From NCBI RefSeq assembly GCF_028285565.1, contig NZ_JANQOY010000231.1, positions 1 through 14,607 of the forward strand: DNA of 14,607 nucleotides, written 5' to 3'. The DNA is from Acaryochloris sp. IP29b_bin.148 (GTDB lineage Bacteria > Cyanobacteriota > Cyanobacteriia > Thermosynechococcales > Thermosynechococcaceae). Position numbers and translations under genes: made by a program. The notes beneath the pieces were generated by a model. That model was given only the letters and a program-made list of their open reading frames with translations, was not told the origin of the DNA and searched no databases. Of the stretch, positions 1-8,729 are shown one piece after another (the first letter of the stretch is position 1; each line of letters begins with the position of its first letter).

Positions 1-71
1 TCGGTGATTCCTTCAAAGGTTTCGATAAGATGGGACAAGTCCGTAAAATTAGCTGAAACAATAGATCCACA

Positions 72-1892
72 ATGTCCGCTGAACAGCAACCTGAACAACC
101 GCCTGAAAAGATTCACTTACCCAAAACCAGTGAATCCGAACAACTCAAGAAAATCCGCCACACCACCTCTCATGTGATGGCAATGGCCGTTCAAAAGCTG
201 TTTCCCGGTGCCCAAGTTACCATTGGTCCGTGGATTGAGTCGGGTTTCTATTATGACTTTGACAGCCCTACGCCCTTTACAGATAAAGATTTGAAAGCCA
301 TCAAAAAAGAGATGGTCAAAATCATTAAGAAGAAGCTGCCCGTAGAACGGGAAGAGGTGAGTCGGGAAGAGGCCAAGAAAAGAATAAAAGCTTTAGGAGA
401 ACCTTATAAGCTGGAGATTTTGGAGGATCTAGAGGATCCGATTACTCTCTATCACCTCGGCGATCAGTGGTGGGATTTATGTGCCGGTCCCCATGTGGAA
501 TCCACTGCCGATTTAAATCCCAAGGCCATTGCTCTAGAAAGTGTGGCGGGGGCCTATTGGCGTGGGGATGAAACCAAAGCCCAATTGCAGCGCATCTATG
601 GCACGGCTTGGGAAACCCCTGAACAGCTCGCAGAACATAAGCGGCGGAAGGAAGAAGCGCTGCGTCGTGACCACCGCAAGCTTGGAAAAGAGCTGGGGCT
701 ATTTCTCTTTTCTGATCTGGTGGGACCCGGATTGCCCCTGTGGACGCCTAAGGGAACCTTGTTGCGATCGCAACTCGAAGACTTCCTCAAACAGGAACAA
801 GTCAAGCGAGGGTATCTGGGTGTAACCACACCCCATATTGCTCGGGTGGATCTGTTTAAGACTTCGGGGCACTGGCAAAAATACCAGGAAGACATGTTCC
901 CGCTAATGAGCGAGAACGATGCGGATCGGAATTCTGAACAGGGCTTTGTAATGAAGCCCATGAACTGCCCGTTTCATATCCAGATCTATAAGAGTGAGTT
1001 GCGGTCTTATCGCGACTTACCCATGCGGCTGGCAGAATTTGGCACCGTTTATCGGTATGAGCAATCCGGCGAGCTGGGGGGCCTTACACGAGTCCGCGGC
1101 TTTACCGTCGATGACTCCCATTTATTTGTCACCCCCGATCAGCTCGATGATGAATTCTTAAAGGTGGTGGATTTAATTCTGTCTGTCTTTGAGAAGTTGC
1201 AGCTCAAAAACTTCAAAGCTCGCCTTAGCTTCCGCGATCCAGATTCAGACAAATATATTGGCTCGGATGAAGCCTGGGACAAAGCCCAGAATGCCATTCG
1301 CCGAGCCGTAGAAACTTTGGGCATGGAGCATTTTGAAGGCATTGGCGAAGCTGCTTTTTATGGTCCGAAGCTGGACTTTATCTTCCAAGATGTCCTCGAT
1401 CGAGAATGGCAGTTGGGAACGGTGCAGGTGGACTACAATCTGCCTGAACGGTTTGACCTGGAATTTATGGGAGAAGACGGTAACCGTCAGCGCCCGATTA
1501 TGATTCACCGAGCTCCCTTTGGCTCTCTCGAACGTCTGATTGGCATCTTAATCGAGGAATATGCAGGGGTCTTTCCCCTGTGGCTAGCCCCCGAACAGGT
1601 GCGGCTGCTGACGGTGAATGATGACCATATGCCCTTTGCCCAGAAGGTGGCAACTGATTTGCAGGCTACGGGTATTCGAGTTTCAGTCGATCAAAGTGGC
1701 GATCGCCTAGGCAAGAAGATCCGCAATGCAGAGAAAGCCAAAATCCCCGTGATGTCGGTGATTGGAGATAAAGAGGTGGAAGCCAATAGCCTCAATATTC
1801 GCACCCGAGCATCAGGTGAGTTAGGAGCAATTCCGGTGGATGAGGTGAAGCAGAAGTTAGGAGATGCGATCGCAACGTTCTCAGCCTTCTAA
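72..1892 (+). CDS. thrS: Threonine--tRNA ligase (short form without N-terminal TGS domain)
   Basis: 606-aa ORF. ThrRS hallmarks in the translation: editing-domain HxxxH (RHTTSHVM), zinc-site PMNCPFH, RVRGFTVDDSHLF, IMIHRAPFGSLERL, and a C-terminal anticodon-binding region. An in-frame TGA at 54-56 bounds the N-terminus. Confidence 0.95.
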   Translation: MSAEQQPEQPPEKIHLPKTSESEQLKKIRHTTSHVMAMAVQKLFPGAQVTIGPWIESGFYYDFDSPTPFTDKDLKAIKKEMVKIIKKKLPVEREEVSREEAKKRIKALGEPYKLEILEDLEDPITLYHLGDQWWDLCAGPHVESTADLNPKAIALESVAGAYWRGDETKAQLQRIYGTAWETPEQLAEHKRRKEEALRRDHRKLGKELGLFLFSDLVGPGLPLWTPKGTLLRSQLEDFLKQEQVKRGYLGVTTPHIARVDLFKTSGHWQKYQEDMFPLMSENDADRNSEQGFVMKPMNCPFHIQIYKSELRSYRDLPMRLAEFGTVYRYEQSGELGGLTRVRGFTVDDSHLFVTPDQLDDEFLKVVDLILSVFEKLQLKNFKARLSFRDPDSDKYIGSDEAWDKAQNAIRRAVETLGMEHFEGIGEAAFYGPKLDFIFQDVLDREWQLGTVQVDYNLPERFDLEFMGEDGNRQRPIMIHRAPFGSLERLIGILIEEYAGVFPLWLAPEQVRLLTVNDDHMPFAQKVATDLQATGIRVSVDQSGDRLGKKIRNAEKAKIPVMSVIGDKEVEANSLNIRTRASGELGAIPVDEVKQKLGDAIATFSAF

Positions 1893-1986
1893 CAATCTCA
1901 GCGTCAGATGACTACGACAAAGGGGCATAGCAACTCGTATCAATTGGAGCCCTGTGCCCCACGCAATCATGATTGATCTATGGACC

Positions 1987-2853
1987 CTAACGACGACCCA
2001 CAAGTTGGCGATAGCGACTTTGGCTTAGACCACAACTGCTGAGATCTGGGTTGCGATCACACTCATTCTCCGGCCCCGATTGAATCTCCTGTTCCAGACG
2101 AACCACCCGATCCGGCACAGCTGGGTGAGTACTCAAAAAGGTGGGGGTTGAGCGACTAGAGACCAGTTTGCGCATAAAGGCAGGCATGGCAGACGTCGCA
2201 TAATCTGCTTCTCTCAAAATACGCAGTCCTTCACGGTCAGCATCATACTCGTCACTGCGGCTCTGCGGGCGACTGACTAACAAATTGACACCAATATTGG
2301 CAACCTGACTCCGATTAGAGCCCGTAATCGCCGTGGTCAGTCCTTGGGCAACCATCGTCTTCCGAATTTGCTTGACAAGATGTTTTCGGTCAATATGGCC
2401 AATTTCATGAGCCACAACGCTGGCCAACTGGGCTTCATTATCCGCTGCATTAATCAGACCGGTGGTCACATAAACACGCCCCCCCATAGTGGCAAATGCA
2501 TTCACGCGAGAATCATCAACCACCAGAAAGCGATAGGTGACTCTTCGTCTTTGAGCCCCCGCATCCACTAAGCGCTGACCAATACGGTTAACATAGCGAT
2601 TTAACGTCGACCCTTGATGGGGACGCATGCCTTGATTAAGCAAGTTTTGGTGAATTTGCTCACCCAGTTCTCGTTCTTGTTTGTCCGACAAGTTCGAGAG
2701 CTGAATCACTTGAATACCACGAAATATCAAGTCTCTCAAAGGAATCGCTTGGGCTGGATTAGGGAGTGCGATCGCAAGGCTAGTTGCTAAGGCAGTGGCA
2801 GCAAAAACACGCTTAGAAATGGGCAACGGCCCCTGCGAGACTGAGTCCTTCAT
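1987..2853 (-). CDS. Secreted M48-family zinc metallopeptidase
   Basis: 288-aa ORF. N-terminal signal peptide (AATALATSLAIALPNPAQA). HExxH zinc motif (VAHEIGHIDRKH) with a downstream acidic segment (SDEYDADREG) typical of M48/Ste24-like peptidases. Confidence 0.85.
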   Translation of the reverse strand: MKDSVSQGPLPISKRVFAATALATSLAIALPNPAQAIPLRDLIFRGIQVIQLSNLSDKQERELGEQIHQNLLNQGMRPHQGSTLNRYVNRIGQRLVDAGAQRRRVTYRFLVVDDSRVNAFATMGGRVYVTTGLINAADNEAQLASVVAHEIGHIDRKHLVKQIRKTMVAQGLTTAITGSNRSQVANIGVNLLVSRPQSRSDEYDADREGLRILREADYATSAMPAFMRKLVSSRSTPTFLSTHPAVPDRVVRLEQEIQSGPENECDRNPDLSSCGLSQSRYRQLVGRR

Positions 2854-3086
2854 AAAGTCACCAAATGATGAAACAGCATCATGCGTCTATCCCTTGGCAA
2901 AGCGAATCCTATGACTTGAGCAAGGAAAGCCCAACGGAGGTCAACTACCTCTAATGTTAGGCAACCTGATCTAGCAGACAAGCTTGAGCCAAAAAATACA
3001 CAACACTTACCAATGTGCTAATTATGACGCTGAACCCGACCGGGGAGTTTCCCAAAGCAGCCCGCATTTATAGAGTCAGGCTGTTA

Positions 3087-4526
3087 TTAATAAGCATTTT
3101 GATCTCTCAGGAACACAAATGCCGTCTTCAAAAGAATTTGAATATCCAAACTTAGTGACCAGTTTTTGAGGTATTCCAAATCATAGTCAATGCGTCGCTT
3201 CATCTTATCTAGGGTTTCCGTCTCACCCCGACAACCATTAACTTGAGCCCACCCCGTAATGCCAGGCTTAACCTTATGGCGCAGCATATAACCACTGATC
3301 AGCTTTCGGTACATCTCATTATGAGCCACCGCATGGGGGCGGGGTCCAACTAAACTCATACGTCCTTGCCACACATTCAGGAACTGCGGCAATTCGTCCA
3401 AAGACGTCTTCCGTAAAAACGCGCCGACAGGCGTAATGCGACGGTCACCCCGAGTCGCTTGAACCACCGCCCCGCCATCTTCCATAACCGTCATCGATCG
3501 AAACTTATAGACAATGATCTCTTGACCATTAAGTCCATACCGCCGTTGCTTAAATAAAATCGGCCCTGGAGACGATAGCTTAACCGCAATCGCAATCACT
3601 GCCATCACTGGAGAGAGGGCCACCAGTGCCAGACCTGACAAAACAATATCGATCGCCCGTTTGAAAAAATATTGTAAATCTGAGAAAGGGATCTCCCAAA
3701 TCGAAATCAAAGGTACACCGTTAATTTCATAGGAGCGGCCATGCATCAGGCTGTACATCAACAGACTCGGCACAAAATACACACAGGCCGTTGTATCTTG
3801 CAGCGCCTCAATCAGCTCGGTAAACCGGGGCTCATTATCCGATGTGCAGGCAACATACACCACATCAATTTGATTTTGACGGACATACTCAGGAACTTCT
3901 GCCAACGTTCCCATAACAGGAATATCTGGTAAGTCTGAGGGGGAAGTATCATCAAAAAAACCGCGAAGCCGAATGCCTAAATCCCGACATTCTCGAATCT
4001 GCTCGGCGAGGTCTAAACTCACCTTATTAACCCCTGCAATCACGGCAAACTTAGAATTGCGTCCAGACACTCGCAATTGGCGGAGCAGATTCCAGACCAG
4101 AAAGTGGACAGCCAACAGAACGATGGGAACACTACAAGACCACGTCAAGATCAAGGCTCTTGAAAAAACCATGGAAGTCTTGGTGACAAAACCGATAAAC
4201 AACATCATTCCCATGACAATGGACCATCCCATAATCAGCCGGATCATTAGCAACCGTGGTGCCAAGCTGCGGTAGGGACGATACATCCCTGTAGCCTTAA
4301 ATATGGGCAGGATAAGTAGAAATGTAGTCAGGGCAAAAAGTTGAAGACTGGTGGCAAAGGTAACGTTATAGAAATGGGCCAAAACAACCAGTAGCAACAC
4401 CGCCACAGTTGGATCCAATAGCCGCTGTGCTAACGTCACGATTGACATATTGGCTCGGAGTGTCCAATGGGTATTATGGCTCATAAAATATCTCTTGAGG
4501 AACAAAAAACGATTCAAATTAGCCAA
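3087..4526 (-). CDS. Polyprenyl-phosphate glycosyl-1-phosphate transferase (WbaP/WcaJ-type initiating sugar transferase)
   Basis: 479-aa ORF. Several N-terminal TM helices, a central Rossmann-like segment (FAVIAGVNKVSLDLAEQI), and the C-terminal bacterial sugar-transferase signature (PGPILFKQRRYG...DELPQFLNVWQGRMSLVGPRP). The true start may be an internal Met at 4484 (MSHN) or about 4448 (MSIV). Confidence 0.9.
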   Translation of the reverse strand: MANLNRFLFLKRYFMSHNTHWTLRANMSIVTLAQRLLDPTVAVLLLVVLAHFYNVTFATSLQLFALTTFLLILPIFKATGMYRPYRSLAPRLLMIRLIMGWSIVMGMMLFIGFVTKTSMVFSRALILTWSCSVPIVLLAVHFLVWNLLRQLRVSGRNSKFAVIAGVNKVSLDLAEQIRECRDLGIRLRGFFDDTSPSDLPDIPVMGTLAEVPEYVRQNQIDVVYVACTSDNEPRFTELIEALQDTTACVYFVPSLLMYSLMHGRSYEINGVPLISIWEIPFSDLQYFFKRAIDIVLSGLALVALSPVMAVIAIAVKLSSPGPILFKQRRYGLNGQEIIVYKFRSMTVMEDGGAVVQATRGDRRITPVGAFLRKTSLDELPQFLNVWQGRMSLVGPRPHAVAHNEMYRKLISGYMLRHKVKPGITGWAQVNGCRGETETLDKMKRRIDYDLEYLKNWSLSLDIQILLKTAFVFLRDQNAY

Positions 4527-4833
4527 TCATGGCTTAATTTTATGGGCTGAGCTGGATAGATGCTGCTATTCGTGCTACATTCACGGTCTTAACTAGACTG
4601 ATTGTTGTTTTTTTCTAGATCAGTAGAAGTGATGTAGATCACCTTAATCGTTCCGATTAACCAATATTGAAAGCGCATCACAAGCCACTCCATCGCTTGC
4701 GGAGTTTAAAAAGTTAATTTACGTTTTGAAAGAGTATAACTCATTCCTGCCATAAATTATACGCACAGATAAAATTTTCAAAACCTGTGCTGCATAAAAA
4801 TAGGCCACCCAAAAACTGAGAATCTTACTAACA

Positions 4834-5364
4834 CTAAGGAACTAACCGTTTATGATACTCATTCTCGGTAATTAGTTCCCGTGTCGTTTCAACCCGATCA
4901 ACAAAGATATACCCCTGTAAATGGTCACATTCATGTTGAATGATACGGGCGACAAAATCTTGAAAAGCACCTTGCTGAGGCTGGCCATTTCGATCTTGAT
5001 ATTCAACAGAAATAGCGTTTAATCGCGGCACTAAGCCTCTAATACCAGGAACACTCAGACAACCTTCCCAATCTTTCACCTTTTCTTCGCCAATAGGCAT
5101 GAAACGGGGGTTTATCATCGCCATGGGAGCCATCTGAGGTGCATGGGGATATCGGAGGGTAGGGCGGGACGCAACAATCACCAATTGCAAATCGACCCCT
5201 ACCTGAGGGGCTGCAATTCCGACCCCATTAGACTGCTCCATGGTCCTAATTAAATCGTCAATTAGGGACTGAATATTAGGATGGGTTGGATTCTCAATCG
5301 GACGGGCAATTTGTCGAAGCTTGGGATTACCAAGTTGAAGAATCTCTCGCTGCATATCTGACAT
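4834..5364 (-). CDS. def: Peptide deformylase
   Basis: 176-aa ORF carrying all three PDF motifs: GVGIAAPQVG, EGCLSVPG, QHECDHLQG. Confidence 0.95.
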   Translation of the reverse strand: MSDMQREILQLGNPKLRQIARPIENPTHPNIQSLIDDLIRTMEQSNGVGIAAPQVGVDLQLVIVASRPTLRYPHAPQMAPMAMINPRFMPIGEEKVKDWEGCLSVPGIRGLVPRLNAISVEYQDRNGQPQQGAFQDFVARIIQHECDHLQGYIFVDRVETTRELITENEYHKRLVP

Positions 5365-5400
5365 TAATCGCCATCCAGTTTATTGAAGGATAGTCCAATT

Positions 5401-6039
5401 TTAACGGCCTAAATCATGCATGGTATTGATGACATCTGCGCACTGTTGCGTGATTGCTGCTAGTTCTGTGCGATCGCGGCTGGCAGGGGGGGGGATAGGC
5501 TCGCCAATTCGAATGGTTAACGGCACACTACGAGGAAACTTCTGGCCTTTAGGAATGATGTTTTCGGTTCCCCATAAACTCACTGGCAGCAAAGGAGCTT
5601 GGATTTTACTCGCAATTAAGGCTGCACCCTGCTTAGGATGAGTGATTCGCCCATCAACCGTTCGAGTCCCTTGCAAGAATAGCCCGACAGCCCATCCCTG
5701 CTCTAAAGAGGCCATCGCGGCCCGAATGGCACTACGATCAGCAGATCCACGATTCACAGGATAAGCGCCATACCATCGAATTAATGTCGATAAAACAGGC
5801 ACTTGAAAGAGTTCCTGTTTGGCCATATAAGCCACTGGGCGACGCATACAGTTGGATAAAATGGGCGGGTCAAAGTCACTGGCATGATTACTGACCACCA
5901 CTAATGGCCCTTGCTGAGGGACTCGCTCAGCATGGTGAATCCGTCCCCGAAAATAGACGTGCAACGAGGGACTCACCACCGTCCACTTAAACAAGTGGTA
6001 GAGGGCCAAGCTGATTTTGGGCTCACGCTGTCGCGGCAT
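5401..6039 (-). CDS. plsC: 1-acyl-sn-glycerol-3-phosphate acyltransferase
   Basis: 212-aa ORF. Acyltransferase HX4D motif (NHASDFDP) and FLQGTRT block. Lies immediately downstream of fabD on the same strand. Confidence 0.85.
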   Translation of the reverse strand: MPRQREPKISLALYHLFKWTVVSPSLHVYFRGRIHHAERVPQQGPLVVVSNHASDFDPPILSNCMRRPVAYMAKQELFQVPVLSTLIRWYGAYPVNRGSADRSAIRAAMASLEQGWAVGLFLQGTRTVDGRITHPKQGAALIASKIQAPLLPVSLWGTENIIPKGQKFPRSVPLTIRIGEPIPPPASRDRTELAAITQQCADVINTMHDLGR

Positions 6040-6120
6040 GGGGCGAACCTGGGCAAAGCAATAAATGCAAAGGGCTTATCAAATTTTGATCAATCAGGGC
6101 AGCCGCCCAATACGTTATCC

Positions 6121-7029
6121 CTAAACTAATACGGGCAGGGTTGCCACACTATTGATATTCGTTAACGACATCTCCTTGCAGGTGCGCTTGACTAGCCCCG
6201 TCAGGACTTTGCCAGGTCCTACTTCCACGACAGATTTAATCCCTTCATCGGCAAAGACTAAGACCGTTTCTCGCCAGCGAACCGGACCCGTCATTTGCTG
6301 AACTAATCGAGAACGGAGCGTGACTGGATTCGTGGCAGGGATCGGTTCAACATTGGAAACGACCGGAATATTGGCGGGTTTAAAGTCGATGTCATTTAGG
6401 ACTGTTTCAAAGTCAGCAGCAGCATTCGCCATCAGCGGTGAATGGAAGGCTCCACTCACTTTCAGCTCAACGGCTCGCTTGATTTTGACCTGCGCCAAAA
6501 TATGGTCAACCGCTGTCGGAGTCCCTGAAATGACCACTTGGCCAGAATGGTTGTCATTAGCCAGGACAACATCGGCGGCCTCATCCACCGCTTGATTCAG
6601 CTGCCCTCGATCAAATCCCATTAAGGCTGCCATTTTGCCATCAGAGGCTTGAGACATCAAAGTGGACCGTTTTTGAACCAATTTTAAGCCAGATTCAAAG
6701 TCAAAAACTTGGGCAGCGTAGAGCGCCACATATTCTCCCAGGCTATGGCCAGCAACCAAATCAGGTTTCAATCCCTTCTCCATCAGGAGATCACACAAAA
6801 TAGCAGAAACGACGTATAGGCAGGGTTGCGTATAGTTAGTCTGGGAAAGGCGGGTTTCATCTTCTTTGCAAACCTCAGCTACAGACCAGCCCAGGATTTT
6901 TTCTGCAGCTTGAAATCGCCGCTGACCTAAGTCAGTGTCTAATAGGTCGAGTCCCATCCCGATTGCCTGGGATCCTTGCCCAGGAAATACCCATGCAGTT
7001 TTAGTCATATCCTCAATGCCTGTCGTCAT
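6121..7029 (-). CDS. fabD: Malonyl-CoA:ACP transacylase
   Basis: 302-aa ORF. FPGQGSQ N-terminal motif and active-site GHSLGEY. By comparison with E. coli FabD (MTQFAFVFPGQGSQ), the start is probably the internal ATG at 7008 (MTKTAWVFPGQGSQ). Confidence 0.93.
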   Translation of the reverse strand: MTTGIEDMTKTAWVFPGQGSQAIGMGLDLLDTDLGQRRFQAAEKILGWSVAEVCKEDETRLSQTNYTQPCLYVVSAILCDLLMEKGLKPDLVAGHSLGEYVALYAAQVFDFESGLKLVQKRSTLMSQASDGKMAALMGFDRGQLNQAVDEAADVVLANDNHSGQVVISGTPTAVDHILAQVKIKRAVELKVSGAFHSPLMANAAADFETVLNDIDFKPANIPVVSNVEPIPATNPVTLRSRLVQQMTGPVRWRETVLVFADEGIKSVVEVGPGKVLTGLVKRTCKEMSLTNINSVATLPVLV

Positions 7030-7086
7030 TTACACTCTTCCAGTGTTGCATTGAACGGGGTCCTTCACGATTCTTTTTCAAATTTC

Positions 7087-7752
7087 TCACTTCCGTTTGC
7101 CTTGTTGACGCTGCCAATAGGTGGATCCGGCGACGAGTATTCCTGTCAATGCTAAAGCACCGATTAAAGGCGCAATACTGCCAGAGGTTAGCGCTTGAAC
7201 GCTAGAGCTGCCTAGAAGGACAAAGGGCAATACGCTAGGAATGGTGCCCAAGATTGTACCGATCAGAAAATCGCGAAAGCGGATAGAGGTCAGCCCTGCC
7301 GCAAAGTTAACCAGGCCATAGGGCATGATCGGCACTAACCGAATGGCAAACATATAGAACAAGCCACCCCGTTTGACCTCAGTATCCATTTTTTGCCAGC
7401 GTCCTGCCAATCGTTTTGCAATGGATTCGCGGCCAATGGTGCGGCTAAAGTAAAAGGCTACCACTGCGGCAATAATAGCTGCGAGGCTGGTCCAGAGGGT
7501 TCCAAGCCAAGGGCCAAATAAACCACCCCCTGTAAGATTTAGGGCTGTTGAAGGAAGAACCAATAGGGTAGCAATCACATAGGCCAAGATGTAATAGATG
7601 GGTCCCCAAATTCCTGCGCGGCTAACCAATCCCTTAATTTGAGCGGTGTCAAGCTTACCCAATGCTAGTAGAGCAATTCCAGTGGCGATTACACACACAA
7701 CGGTCAGGATAAGAAGGCTTTGGCGGGGAGTGAGAGATTTGGCCCGTTTCAT
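7087..7752 (-). CDS. TVP38/TMEM64 (DedA-related, SNARE-associated) family membrane protein
   Basis: 221-aa polytopic membrane ORF. Contains the family core LPSTALNLTGGGLFGPWLGTLWTSLAAIIAAVVAFYFSRTIGRE. Confidence 0.8.
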   Translation of the reverse strand: MKRAKSLTPRQSLLILTVVCVIATGIALLALGKLDTAQIKGLVSRAGIWGPIYYILAYVIATLLVLPSTALNLTGGGLFGPWLGTLWTSLAAIIAAVVAFYFSRTIGRESIAKRLAGRWQKMDTEVKRGGLFYMFAIRLVPIMPYGLVNFAAGLTSIRFRDFLIGTILGTIPSVLPFVLLGSSSVQALTSGSIAPLIGALALTGILVAGSTYWQRQQGKRK

Positions 7753-7868
7753 GAATCATTCAGCTTAGTGGCAGATGGCCAGCGTTATTATCTCGTTTAA
7801 GGTTTTGGTATGAGCACATCCTGCAACTGTTGTGCAGGTATGCCAGGTTTTTATAGCGGTAAACGCTT

Positions 7869-8075
7869 ATGAATTCGCCCATTCAAATGCAATCAGTCGT
7901 GGAGTCACCTTATTACGCAGGTGAATTTCTTTGTCCTTGGCCGGTTCCAGCATTCAAACCACTGTCGATGATCCGTTTATGGGGAGAAATGACATATCCA
8001 GAAATCGGTTTGGTGTTTGCTCAATTGGCTCAATACAACCAAATAGAACTCTCAAATAATATACAAACTGTTTAA
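7869..8075 (+). CDS. Hypothetical protein (possibly the N-terminal fragment of a nonsense-disrupted gene)
   Basis: 68-aa ORF with an ATG start and no recognisable motif. It ends at TAA 8073-8075, in the same frame as the next ORF. GC is about 43% by hand count, against about 50-55% in the flanking genes. Confidence 0.45.
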   Translation: MNSPIQMQSVVESPYYAGEFLCPWPVPAFKPLSMIRLWGEMTYPEIGLVFAQLAQYNQIELSNNIQTV

Positions 8076-8084
8076 GAGCAGATC

Positions 8085-8486
8085 TTGGAAGCCGAAAGCT
8101 TAGTGTTACCAGGTGGTATACAAATCGTATCTGAAGAGAAAGTTATTCCTCCAAGTTGTTGTTGTGGGCTGGAAACATGGCGCGAATGGATCGATTTTCT
8201 CCAAACAGACCATTCACCTTGGTTAGGGCATGATCCAAGTCCATGGGTTGAGCGTCAAGGCAATAGTATTCGCATTTGGTCTGATGGTGGTACTGTACCA
8301 ACGCGGGATGCGTTTTATATGGATGTTTCACAACCTGAATTTGAGAAAGCATTGATGCGTGTGGAGCGAGAACTGCAAGCGTTTCTATTTTCTATCGAAA
8401 GCTGGGCACAAGACATTGGCTTTGCAAAGCCAAACCCGTTATTTCAGAAGTTTGATCATTGTTTCAAAATTTGGAAGGCAGTGTAA
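8085..8486 (+). CDS. Hypothetical Trp/Cys-rich protein (possibly the C-terminal part of the same disrupted gene)
   Basis: 133-aa ORF whose only start candidate is TTG-8085. Same frame as 7869-8075. The translation is protein-like (PPSCCCGLETWREWIDFL, PWLGHDPSPWVERQGNSIRIWSDGG), but I cannot assign a family. Confidence 0.5.
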   Translation: MEAESLVLPGGIQIVSEEKVIPPSCCCGLETWREWIDFLQTDHSPWLGHDPSPWVERQGNSIRIWSDGGTVPTRDAFYMDVSQPEFEKALMRVERELQAFLFSIESWAQDIGFAKPNPLFQKFDHCFKIWKAV

Positions 8487-8729
8487 CGGGGCTTAAAAGC
8501 AGGACCGCCATATAATCATTACGACTGCTTAAACTTGCATGTAACATCGATGACAATCGCTGGCCGCAACCGTGGCTCATCTGCAGGTTGAGACACTCTC
8601 GGAAGATGGCACAATTGTTATCCGTCAGATAAAGCTTGCTTCTAATGAAGTTTCAGAGTGGCGTACAGATTCTTGTAGGAGATTGATAGCAGTTGCTGAG
8701 GAATTGAATCAGTCCCCCAAATGCTCTAG

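Noticed and set aside
541-1508. ORFs 541-825(+), 596-961(-), 1139-1342(-) and 1245-1508(-), nested inside thrS
   Set aside because: They lie entirely within a strongly supported ThrRS frame. Their translations are low-complexity and Arg/Ser/Cys-rich, as expected for off-frame or antisense shadow ORFs.
1916-1960. Possible terminator between the convergent thrS and M48 peptidase genes (GGGGCA 1922-1927 pairing with TGCCCC 1955-1960)
   Set aside because: The stem is only 6 bp and closes a 27-nt interior. The minus-strand tail is just UUUGU, and the plus strand has no U-tract. This is too weak to call as a feature.
2344-2571. 75-aa plus-strand ORF inside the M48 peptidase gene
   Set aside because: Antisense shadow of a motif-supported CDS, with no independent signal.
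3741-4275. Plus-strand ORFs 3741-3932 and 3973-4275, opposite the sugar transferase gene
   Set aside because: Antisense shadows. The translations are Arg/His/Thr-rich with no motifs.
6078-6090. 13-bp palindrome ATCAAA-T-TTTGAT in the fabD-plsC spacer
   Set aside because: Short and AT-rich, so it is plausible by chance. The single-nt centre prevents RNA hairpin formation, and no supporting context exists.
5420-6595. Plus-strand ORFs 5420-5641, 5911-6129 and 6320-6595, opposite plsC and fabD
   Set aside because: Antisense to CDSs that carry catalytic motifs. 5911-6129 merely bridges the plsC start and the spacer.
8143-8352. 69-aa minus-strand ORF inside the 8085-8486 ORF
   Set aside because: The plus-strand frame is longer and more protein-like. 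There is no start context or motif on the minus strand.
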